The notes below the pieces were generated by a model. It saw nothing but the letters and a program-made list of their open reading frames with translations, searched no databases and had not been told where the DNA came from. Both the position numbers and the translations under genes were made by a program. Shown one piece after another: positions 1 through 11,100 of a stretch of DNA of 64,000 nucleotides. Source of the DNA: Candidatus Poribacteria bacterium (GTDB lineage: Bacteria > Poribacteria > WGA-4E > WGA-3G); contig OZ243938.1 in NCBI GenBank assembly GCA_965214095.1, positions 3,392,001 through 3,456,000 of the forward strand. The letters are read 5' to 3'. Position 1 is the first letter of the stretch. Each line of letters opens with the position of its first letter.

Positions 1-984
1 CCACCGATTCCTGTACCGGGTTATGGAACCCAGTTGAATAACCGTGCTATTTATGGCACACAAGCCGAAGGTTCAGTCAAAATTGAGTATAATGAGCAAC
101 CGCTAACAGCCGAAGATGGGACGCGCATACATCTACGTTATCCAAATTATACAATTACGGATACCTACAAACCACTACCCGATGTTGTTGAGGTGTCCCC
201 GCGTGTTGCTCCTGTTGTTTTTGGACTTGGGTTGCTTGAAGCAATTCCTGAAGAGACGATCCTAACCTTTGCGGATGAGGCAGATGTTGACGAAGATGGT
301 ATTTCAGGTAAACCCAATTATGTGTGGGATGTAGTTGAAAAGCGTTACGCTCTTGGACGTTTCGGTTGGAAAGCGAACCAGCCTAACCTCCTTCAACAGG
401 TTGCATCTGCATATCACGATGATATGGGGCTGACGACAGCACTATTCCTACTTGAAAATTCGTTTGGACAACCACAATACACCCAAAACGATACAACCCC
501 TGAGGTTAGCGATGAAATATTAGATGTGGTAACGTTCTATGTTCAAACGTTGGCGGTTCCTGCACGACGAAACGTGGACGATCCACAGGTTATGCATGGT
601 GAGCAACTATTTGTCCAAGCACAATGTGCAAGTTGTCATATTCCGACATTAAGAACGGGTGTTTTGCCGGGTGTTCCTTCAGTCAGTAATCAAACGATTC
701 ATCCGTATACGGATATGTTATTACATGATATGGGACCTGACTTAGCAGACAATCGTCCTGATTTTCATGCGAGTGGTAGCGAATGGCGTACACCACCGTT
801 GTGGGGTATAGGTTTAGTGCAAACTGTGAACGGTCATACCAACTTTCTCCATGATGGCAGGGCGCGGAATCTAATGGAAGCGATCCTCTGGCACGGAGGA
901 GAAGCAGAACAATCACGAGAAATCACTTTGCAGATGTCCAAAAATGAACGTGATGCCCTAATCGCGTTTTTGCGGTCATTGTAG
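1..984 (+). CDS. Di-haem oxidoreductase / thiol oxidoreductase (DUF1111-like), 5'-truncated by window edge
   Basis: Frame is open from base 1 (PPIPVPGYGTQLNNR...). Motifs GRFGWKA, CASCH haem site, YTDMLLHDMG, WRTPPLWG and FLHDGRAR are typical of this family. Confidence 0.88.
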   Translation, partial: PPIPVPGYGTQLNNRAIYGTQAEGSVKIEYNEQPLTAEDGTRIHLRYPNYTITDTYKPLPDVVEVSPRVAPVVFGLGLLEAIPEETILTFADEADVDEDGISGKPNYVWDVVEKRYALGRFGWKANQPNLLQQVASAYHDDMGLTTALFLLENSFGQPQYTQNDTTPEVSDEILDVVTFYVQTLAVPARRNVDDPQVMHGEQLFVQAQCASCHIPTLRTGVLPGVPSVSNQTIHPYTDMLLHDMGPDLADNRPDFHASGSEWRTPPLWGIGLVQTVNGHTNFLHDGRARNLMEAILWHGGEAEQSREITLQMSKNERDALIAFLRSL

Positions 985-1103
985 TCGATTGATAGAAATT
1001 GGTATACCCTCCTGTCAGTGTTACTCTTTAGTCCCGTAGGGACGGTATGTTTATAGAAAAAATGTGAACCATCCCACTTGAGTTCCGTAGGAACGGCATA
1101 TAA

Positions 1104-1215
1104 TACCATTTCTATAAATGTTTATCTTTCTAACATTTATTAATAATGGCTTGAAGGACGGCACAAACTGGTAGTTTGTGCTACAAAAATGCGGCGTTTT
1201 CTATTAGAAATGGTA
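1104..1215. mobile_element. 112-bp MITE (family A) carrying a GTAG REP hairpin
   Basis: TIR TACCATTTCTA...TAGAAATGGTA with internal hairpin GCACAAAC-TGGTA-GTTTGTGC-TAC. Same-length copies lie in the opposite orientation at 26508 and 41081. Confidence 0.85.
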
Positions 1216-1410
1216 TAACCTAATGCCGAATTTCGTGGGACGCGTCGGTATCCAAAGGTGTATCCCATACGCAACAGTTCTTCTGTGAGACGCTTATAAC
1301 CATTTCTTGGATAATGGACAGATAACTTTTCATAGATTGCAATTATATCACAATCTTGTTTTAGGTAATGGTCTAAATTTCCGATGGCAGTACAGGGTTT
1401 GTATTCCTAT

Positions 1411-1625
1411 TTGTCTGAAACAGGATTTTCAGGATTAGTAGATTTTCAGGATTATGAGTTTGGCTCTCCAAAGTTCCTATTCCCAGTTTGACGTTTATTT
1501 TCTGGATGGCACTTTGATGTTTCAGACTCTTATCCCTGTGAATCATGTCAAATGTGCATTCGGCAAAGGCATTCATACCGTTGATTTGTAAATCCTGAGA
1601 ATCCTGAGAATCCTGGTTCAGACAA
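1411..1625. repeat. Inverted element with AATCCTG/CAGGATT heptamer arrays
   Basis: TTGTCTGAAACAGGATTTTCAGGATT... at the left end and ...AATCCTGAGAATCCTGAGAATCCTGGTTCAGACAA at the right end form imperfect inverted termini. Confidence 0.65.
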
Positions 1626-1695
1626 GAATCAATATATCCAATAAATTCAGTGACTTAACAGTAAGTTAACATCAAGAATTACGAATCCTTAAAAC

Positions 1696-1832
1696 TATAG
1701 TGAACATTGAAAATAATAACACAAAGTCCCTATAGGAGCGATCTCCGAATCGCGACTGAACTCAGTGATAATCGAGAATCGGAGTTCCTTCCTACATCTT
1801 GAAATGTTCCATTAATTCAAAAGTTTACTATA
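1696..1832. mobile_element. TATAGT-ended MITE with REP-like hairpins
   Basis: TATAGTGAAC...GTTTACTATA termini. Related ends occur at 28327, 37770 and 48624-48726. Confidence 0.6.
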
Positions 1833-1833
1833 A

Positions 1834-2023
1834 TAGCTCAAGTTGCTACCTATCAAAATCCGAGCAACTTCGTTCTCCTTAAGATATCCAATCTTCCGCT
1901 CCAGCGGAGCGATATGTTTATAGCACGGTTTGTTTCATTCTTCCGCTCCAGCGGAGCGGTATGTGAAAGAACCCTGAACAGGCTGGACGACTCGTTATAT
2001 TGTTTAGGTGGCAACTTGCGTTA
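1834..2023. mobile_element. MITE containing two CGCTCCAGCGGAGCG hairpin repeats
   Basis: TAGCTCAAGTTGCTACCTA / TAGGTGGCAACTTGCGTTA imperfect TIR (16/19). Two internal TCTTCCGCTCCAGCGGAGCG copies. Confidence 0.65.
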
Positions 2024-2102
2024 ATATAGTGTTATACTTGTATTAGTAATGTCATAAATGTTATGAGAGTTGTTTTTCATATTTCTGCTCGGAGGATATT
2101 AA

Positions 2103-5100
2103 ATGATCGGACGAGAAAAAAGCTTATTTGTGGTTTTTCTGTTTTGTCTTTTTGTTTTAACTCTCTATCTTACTCGAATTACCTTTGCACAAGATGTAAC
2201 GAACGATGAGCAAATCATTGAACGATACAAGTTAATGCTGGTTCGAAAGCCAAAAGAAGGCAGCACATTTGACCGTGTCTACCAGTTTTACCTTGAAAAT
2301 GCTGGGTTAGAAGCACTGGTCAGCGATTATCAAGCGGAATCTCAAGCGACACCAGACGATGCTAATGTTCAATTAATTTTGGGACATATATACAAACGCC
2401 TCGGCAAAGATACTGAAGCACTCACAATATATCAACGCGCTGTTGAACTTGCCCCCAATAAATATTATCCGCATGTTGCATTAGGACAGATGTATGCTAC
2501 GTTACGGCAACACGAGGAAGCAATCCAAGAATTGAATAAAGCTGCATCATTGTCTGAACAAGCACAGAATGTCCCACCTGAAGAGTTAACAGCAATATAT
2601 AAGGCACTTGGAAACGCCTATTTCAGTCGAGATAAAGTTGACGAAGCGATACAAGCTTGGAAGAAGATATCTGAACTTGATCCGGATGACATTTTTGCAC
2701 GCATTGAACTTGCAGACCTATTTCGAGAACAGGAACTATTTGAACAGGCAATTGCTCAACACGAAGCGATCATTCAGCTGAAAAAGGATGAACCTTATCG
2801 TGTATGTTTAAGTCGTAGGGAAATTGGTAATATTCACGAAGCGAAAGGGGACTTTGAGAAAGCGATCCAACATTATGACGAGGCACTTACTCTTACTGCT
2901 CCTGGAAACTGGCTACGTAAAGACCTACAACACCGCATCATCGGTATCTTTGCAGCTGATAGCAATTGGGAAGGATTAATCGAATACTATCAAGCGAAAC
3001 TTGAAACAACCCCAAATGAACCTGAACTTATAGGTCAATTGGCAGCTGCGTATATTGAAAACCAACAACTTGAAGAAGGGATGAAAACTTATCGGCAAGG
3101 GTTAGCACTCGCACCCACCGATGCAGCTCTGCGTCTTAACCTGATTGCTTCTCTCCGCAATGCAGAAAAATATGAGGATGCAGCAGCGGAATACGAGGTA
3201 CTCAGTGAACAAGACCCTGATGATTTCGGAATCTACCGTGAACTCGGTGAGTTATATCTGCAAATTGGAAATCAAGCGAAGGCTAAGTCTGTATATCAAA
3301 AAATGATTGATCGGGATCCGAATAATCCGAGTACACATCTCATCCTTGCCGAGATTTACGCTGGACACGAATGGATTGAGGATGGTATTGAGCAGTATGA
3401 AAAAGCGATAACGCTTGCCCCAAAGAATCTTGATTTCATTGAGTATTTTGGTGATTTCTATTTCCGTCAAGGTGATCGTGAGAAGGCACTTGAAACTTGG
3501 AATAGAATGGTTGCTGGAGAGTTGAATACCGCCGAGAATAATAACCAGTTAGCGGAACTCCTCAATGCCAAGAAGTTCAAGGCTGAAGCAGTTGCTGCAA
3601 CCCGCAAAGCAGTTGAGCTAATGCCAGATGAATATCGTTACCGTGAAGCGTTGGCAAAACAACTCATGGAGAACAATGAGTATGAAGATGCCCTTCAAGA
3701 ATTCACGAAGGCGATGGAACTTGCACCAAATGCATTTTTCGCAGAAAAAATGGATGACAAGAGGATTGAACTCTTTCGAAGACAAGGGACACTTCTTGAA
3801 AAAATAGAAGAACTGGAAACTGAGCTTGAAAAAACAGGATTGGCTGAAGCGGATGTATTCACATATCACAGGCAACTTGCCAAGATGTATTTGAGGTTAG
3901 GCAATGTTACTTATGCACTTGAAGTACTCCTAAAAGCTAAAGAACAAGAACCACATGATATTGGTGTCAACCGTTGGCTTGCAGAAGTGTATCACAGACA
4001 AGGCAGACGGGATGATTCTAATGCTGTCTATATGCATCTTATTGAATTGGACAGCGCAAACGCTCGGGAATATCATGCAAACATTGCTAAATCATACCTA
4101 AATGTGTTGGACTTTGAGGCGGCGGCAACTGCAGCAAAACAAGTTATCGCACACAGTCCTCGTAATCCCGAAGGACACCAATTGCTGGCACAAGTTGCGA
4201 AGCAATCTGGAGAATATGAGACCGCTATTGATAGTTTGAAACAAGCGGTTCGGTTGCGTCCAGAAGCAATTGACATCCGCAGGGAGTTGGCAGCTATTTA
4301 TAAACTCTCAGGAAAACTGCAACAATCCCTCTCGCAGTATTGGCGTTGCTGGGAATTGAGCCATAATATCAACGAGAAACTTACTTTTGTCAAACCACTT
4401 TCTGAAGTCTATTACGATCTTGGTAGACGCGGTGAATTTGAAGAACGACTGAAACAAATGGCGAAATCAAATACTGTTGGCGTAGGGCCAGTTCTTGCTC
4501 TTACCGAACTTTACCGATTAGAGGGTGACCTGCCGAGTGCTCGTTTCCAATTAGCACAAGCATTAAATAAGCAGCGTGAAGATCCAGAACTATTGACCCA
4601 CCTTGTCCAGATTAGCATGGAACTCGGTGACTTGCAGGATGCTCTGTCATATCAACAAAGACTGGTCAAAGTTGATCCGGATTATGCACATCAACGGCAA
4701 TTGGGAGAGTTGTTGTTTGATGCAGGACGTGAACAGGAAGCGATTCAGGCGTGGACAAAACTCCTCCATGCAAAAAACCAGACACTTGAGGCAGAAGTCA
4801 AACTGGCTGCGTTGTTGCTACGGCACGGACGGTCTGAAGAGGCGTTTATTGTGCTTGACCGCGCATCTGAGAAAATCAGTGGCACTGATGCACATCTGCC
4901 TTTATATCGGTTGGGAACGATGTTAGTGAGTATGAATGAACCGGAACGCGCACAGACGTATTTCCACCGAATCCTTGAAATGTCCGAGCCAATTGGGAAT
5001 ACTTCAAATAAGAAGTCAGCACAACCTTCAATCTTTTATTCCTCGTCAGTCCCTGGCATTGAACGCAATAAATTTAGAATCTTACGTAGTAGTGTTGGAA

Positions 5101-8100
5101 CTATTCAAAGCAGACCGAATTTTGCTGGTGCAAGTATGCCTTGGACGCCGAAAGATTTTGAAGAAGCACAATCTGGTGCTCTTGTTCAATTGACGACAAT
5201 CGCGCAGAGCCAGGGAAAACTACCTGAACTTATCAAACATTTTGAAGACAATGCTGAAGTAAATCCTACGGATGTTAAGTCTATTGAAATCTTGGTGAAA
5301 CTATATACTTTGGTTCAATTTGATGACAAAGCTAAGGAAGCTATTGACAGATTAGTTGAAATTTCACCTAATGACTCTGCATACCAGCCGCTAAAATTAC
5401 ATCGCATCATGGAGGAAAATCCAGATTATGAAACCTTGAAAAAATCACTCAAAGAAATGCCCGGGATGGATAACGTATCACAACTTGCTTATATAGCCGA
5501 ATATGCACAGATGCTTTACCATAAGGATAAAAAAGAAGATGCAGCAAAACTATTAAGTGAAATTGAAAATGTAAATGTGACTGACATTAACACAGGTTTT
5601 GAATTAATTGATGCTTTTCATCTAATTGATAAGGTAGATATCGCAGAGAGGTTACTTACTAATTTACCTGTGCCTCCACAAAAACAACAATATCAATACA
5701 TGCGAAAGTTCGAAAGTCTCACAGATGATTATATTAAAAAAGACGAACTAGAGAAGGCAACTGCACTCTTCTGGACTTATTGTGAACGGACAAAACCCAC
5801 AAAGATTAATCCCAGACGGGTGGCTGCACTTGCACAGACATCTTATTATTATGGTGGATATAGACCGATTCAGACCAGTTATCCTGCTCCAACTGCATAT
5901 TTCAATAGTGATCGTCTCGGTTACCTACAATCTATCTTCCGCGATTTTTGGATGAGGGATCAACAGCAGTTGTTATTTACTAAATTCCAAACTGAATTTG
6001 AAACAACAGAAGGTAGAAATAAGATTTTCCCCGCTTTGGCTCTTAGCTACTGCTACTGGTGGGATGAAAATGGAGATGAAGCACAACAGGTGCTAACAGT
6101 CCTGCAACAGGAATTTCCTGATGATCTTACACTGAAACTCAACACTGCTCTTGCTTCTATTCAGACAGGGGAACATAAGGTAGCAACGGAGCTGCTTGAA
6201 AACCTTGTCGCAACTGAACCCCGAAATCGCAAGCAATACCAAGACCTATTGCTACAACTCTTCATTCGGACAGGGGATACCGTTGCTATACGTGAATTGA
6301 TGTCAAAAATGTTGAGTTCTCCAATAGGTGGAACAGAACTTTATCAATTCTCACAGATACTTCAGGATGCAGGTTTCACGCAGTATGCCATCGCTGCAGC
6401 GAAAAAAGCGATGACTTTGGCGATGGTGCAACGCAACCCGAATTTCCTTATACAATTGGGACAACATCTTGGTAACCTTGGTAGAGGACAGGACGCATCG
6501 CTTCTCGCTGAACGTGCACTCCGTTTCGCAAACCGTCCAGACCGTTATGGACGCATGATGTATTCTTGGAATTTTCAGCAAGCCACAAAACTTGTGAACC
6601 AATCAAAGAGTATAAAAGAACGTGAAGATAAATTTATCACGGATGTCGAAAAAAATCCTGAGTCGTTCCAAGCACAACTTAGATTAGCAATGTATTATGA
6701 AGGGACAAATAAGATTAGTAAAGCTGCAGAAACGTTTAAGGCTGCTCTCAAATTACAACCTAAAGACGATATGGTGAGGTTACGGTATGTCCAGATGATG
6801 GAACGGAATGGAAAAGCTAATGATGTGATACCGGAATATCTCACACTTCTTAAAAACGACTCAAGCGCACTCGGATATAATTACAAGACAGCAGTCGATG
6901 CTTTCGTTGCAGCAGAGAAATTTGATGCGTTAATATCGCTCGTAAAAGACATGATTGATCCTGTCGGAAAATACGCTGGCAGCGATTTAACAGCAAGTGT
7001 CGGACGACGGTGTCTCAAGGAAGAAAAGGTTGATGATGCAATTGAGATATTCAAGAAGATTATCAAGGTTCATCCCAGTTGGTACTATATACATCAAGAC
7101 TTAGCTAACGCATACATTGCAGCAGGTGACGTAGAAAAAGCTGTACAATACTTAACCGATATGCATGAACTTGAAAAGACATCATTAACGCAATCGCAGT
7201 TTGTATTAAAAATCGCAGAGTATTATGAGGAAGCCGGTGAACGCGAAAAAGCGATCCAATATATACGTGAACAACTCAGTTCAGATGATTCATCTGATTC
7301 TGATACTTCTTATGTATTGAAATTGGCAGAACTCTATAAAGAAGATGAAAAGTTAGATAGTTTTATTGCGGAATATGATGCTAAACTTGCTGAATTTCCC
7401 GAAGATACTAAGCTGCTATATCTTACTGCAAATTTAAAACTAAGCGCAGAGGATACTGAAGGCGCAAGCAATCATGTCGATCAACTTATTGATACATCAT
7501 TGGGGACTGTTCAAACAAATTGGCTCTATAGCCTTGCTCAAGCATCCGATGATGCCGGAAGTCATAAACTCCAATTTCACATACTGGAAGCAATTGCTGA
7601 AAAACTTGAACGAGAGAATTCTTGGAAACTTGAGGAATGTTACAAGAAACTTGGAGAGGCTTATGCTAAGAGAGATGAGTTAGAAAAAGCTCAAAACGCG
7701 TTTCGTAAGATGGGGACTCTCCAGATAATGAAAGATAATCAAACAAGTATATATGAAAAAAGAAATCTTGGCTCAACCTATATGCAACATAAAATGTGGG
7801 ATGATGCTGAGGCTATCTTTACAGAGATTATCAACGACCTTAAAGCCTCATCGTATGATCGTGAGTATTCACAGGAGCGGGTGATGCGAATTAAGCAACA
7901 GCGAGGTGAATTCAATACGGCGGAACAGATTACTGAAAACTTACAGGATATGAGCGTTGGCATGCGTCGGGCTATGGCAAAAGAGTTAATGCAACGTAAT
8001 CAGATTGACAAAGCAATCGAGGTCTACGAAAAGATTGAGAAAGAGATGCCTGAAGACTTTGAATCACGCACACAACTCGCATCACTATATACTAGAAATA

Positions 8101-11100
8101 ACCGACACGAGAGGGCAATTGAAATATGGAATGGGTTGATTGATGCAGACCCGGAAAATACGAAATTTCAAGATGGATTGGTTGACAGTCTTCAAGATGC
8201 AGGTAAAGAGGAAGAAGCACTTCAGATTACACTGAAATACATTGAAGCCGAACCGGATATCGGTGTTCATCACATCCGACTCGCAAAACTCTATACAAAT
8301 AACAATAGGATAGATGATGCTATCGCTACCTATGAAAAAGCAATTGAACTTGCACCCGGAGATAGACAGATTTACCTACAGATGGCACAACTCTATTTTC
8401 TCAAAGATGATATGGATAATGTTGAGAAGGCATATAGAAACGCAATTCAAACCACACCTTCAGAATATGACCGTCAAAATACCGAACGGCAAATCATAGC
8501 TTTATATCGTCTCCAAGGGAATTTAGAAGAAAAGATGCAAAAGGCTGAAGAAGAAGGCACAATAACTTTTGAAATGCAAAAATTATGGGCGGAAACCCTG
8601 TCTAATAAAGGTGAACTACAGAAATCTATTGACGCTTATAAGAAAGCAAAGAATATGACAGTAAACACCTATGAGCAAAGTGATATCTCTGAGAGAATGA
8701 TCAATCTTCAAGTAAAACTCGGAGATACCGATAAAGTGTTGGAAACCTATGAAAATGAATCGAGTACAGATACATCAGTTAGATCCATCATGCATCGTCC
8801 TGTAGGAGTTTCAGTTGAGTCCGATGCTGATTCCTCACGCGTGACTTTAATAAATGCCTTTAAAGACAAAAACATACTTGACGAACTGAAAACACGCTAT
8901 GAGAGCAAACTTGAGAAGAAACCTGACGATGTTTTAGCACTTTCTGTACTTGCAAATATCTATTGGGATGAAGAAGATTATAAGAAGGCAGGTGAAACCT
9001 ATCAAAAGCTAAGTAAATCACAATCAGATAATATCTTCAACTTTTACTATGCAGCGGTTGCCTTTAAAAAAGACAAACAGGCTGAGTTGTTTAAAGAGAT
9101 AATTAAGAAAGCGGAAAGTGCGATTGAAACAAGCAGCAACAGTCATGATATGTATTATCTTGCTGGACTCGGTACGTTTTGTTATGAAAATAAGTTATAC
9201 GAACCAGCGATTAAACTGACGAAATTAGCAATTGAAGAGAGTCGCAGATACGGTGGCAATTACATGAAAGATAGACTATATCAACTGCTCGCAAAGAACT
9301 ATCAGGCAACGAAACAATATGAAAAGGCTGTGGAAGCATATCGATCAGTTCCAAGTGATAGCAACATAAATGTACAATCCGAAATTCGTAATATCGCAAA
9401 AGAAGGTAAACTCTTTGAAAAATGGATCCCTGAACAACTCAAAAAGGTTGAAAAGGATCCTGAGAATACCAATCTACGTTTGACACTTGCACAAAATTAT
9501 GAATATGTTGAAAAATTTAAAGAAGCTATCGCACAGTATGAAATACTGACATCGCTAAAACCTGACAATTCGGAATGGCACAAAAAATTGGGTGATTTAT
9601 ACGCGAATCTGGCAATAGAAAGAAGGGAAACTGGAGAAGTTGTTGAAGACACTACACTCACGCTGACAGGTGAAAGGAGTTACGTTTCAATAGCTGATAG
9701 CGAAACCCTAAACAACATCACTGAACAACTCACGGTATCTGCCTGGATCAGACCGACCGGATACCCAAATGAATACACGAAGATTATTTTAAAGACTGAT
9801 GAGCGAGGACAAAACCCGCATGTTCGAAGTTTCCACTTACAATTAGTTGAGGGTGGAAAAATTAGAACTACATCTGCTCCTCAAGATAAGAGTTTTGTGT
9901 CCATCAGTTCACCGGCTAATACCATTAAACTTAACAATTGGCATCACATCGCTGCCGTCATTGATGTTAAAAAAGATTCTTTTAAACTATTCATTGATGG
10001 TAATGAAGTTGGCAGAAGCAACTATCGTGGCGCGAAAAGTATACATAAGAGTCAACTACCATTCAGGATTGGATGGCTGCATTGGAATGATCCAAAATTG
10101 AATAAATCTTACGTCGGGCAAATTGATGAGGTGCGTATCTGGAACATACCTCGCACGGAAGAACAAATTCGTACTGATATGAATAAACAACTCAATGGCG
10201 ATGAACCCGGATTGATCGGCTATTGGAAATTTGACGAAGTCAAAGAAGGCATTATTACGGATTCTTCACCTAACAACAATGATGCAAAGTTAGTTGCTGA
10301 TGCTAAACTTGAACCTTATAAACGGCCAGTATTTGAGACAACTGAGAATGAAAATAAAGCAAAGTCAACCGCTGCTTACAACAAAGCTCTTGAACTCAAT
10401 CCTGATTCATATAACTATTATGACCTGTTAGCAAAGTCCTACTTGAAATCTGATAAGAACGCTGATGCTGAAAAGGTATATCGACAGGCATTGGATGCAC
10501 CACTCACACAAAGTAATCACGATTCAGCTGTCCGCGCAATTGCCGGTCTTTACACCGCGGACAATCAAGCTGAAAAACTCGTCGCTATCCTTGAAGAGAT
10601 CAGACCGAGAATGCAAAGTCGTGCCGTAATGCATCGATTTTTAGCCGAGACCTACGAAAAGTTAAAGGATACGGAAAAGTCTCAACTCGCTTATGACCGA
10701 TGGCTGAAGATTCGTGAGAAGGAAATGAACCGTTCAACGAGCAATTATAGCCTCCATAATTTCGCAAAGGAACTCCTTGATAAAGACCTCTATCCGGAAG
10801 TTGCATTAAAATTCGCAAAACGCGCCCTACAAAGTTATACCAACGTTAGTTATACCTATCCTTCAACAGTTGGACGCGCATGCATCGCAAATGAATTATA
10901 TGATGATGCTATAAAGTTTTACAGTTATGCATTTAGTGCTACATCTACCATATCGGCAACGGACAGTATTTGGAGAACCGTTCTTAATGAAGGAGAGAAG
11001 CATAAAGACAACAAACAATACAGGCAGTTGTTAGATAATCTGATAGACTCAATTCCAAAGAAAGAATTTAGCAAATGGGCAAATGGACACCGAATGGTTG

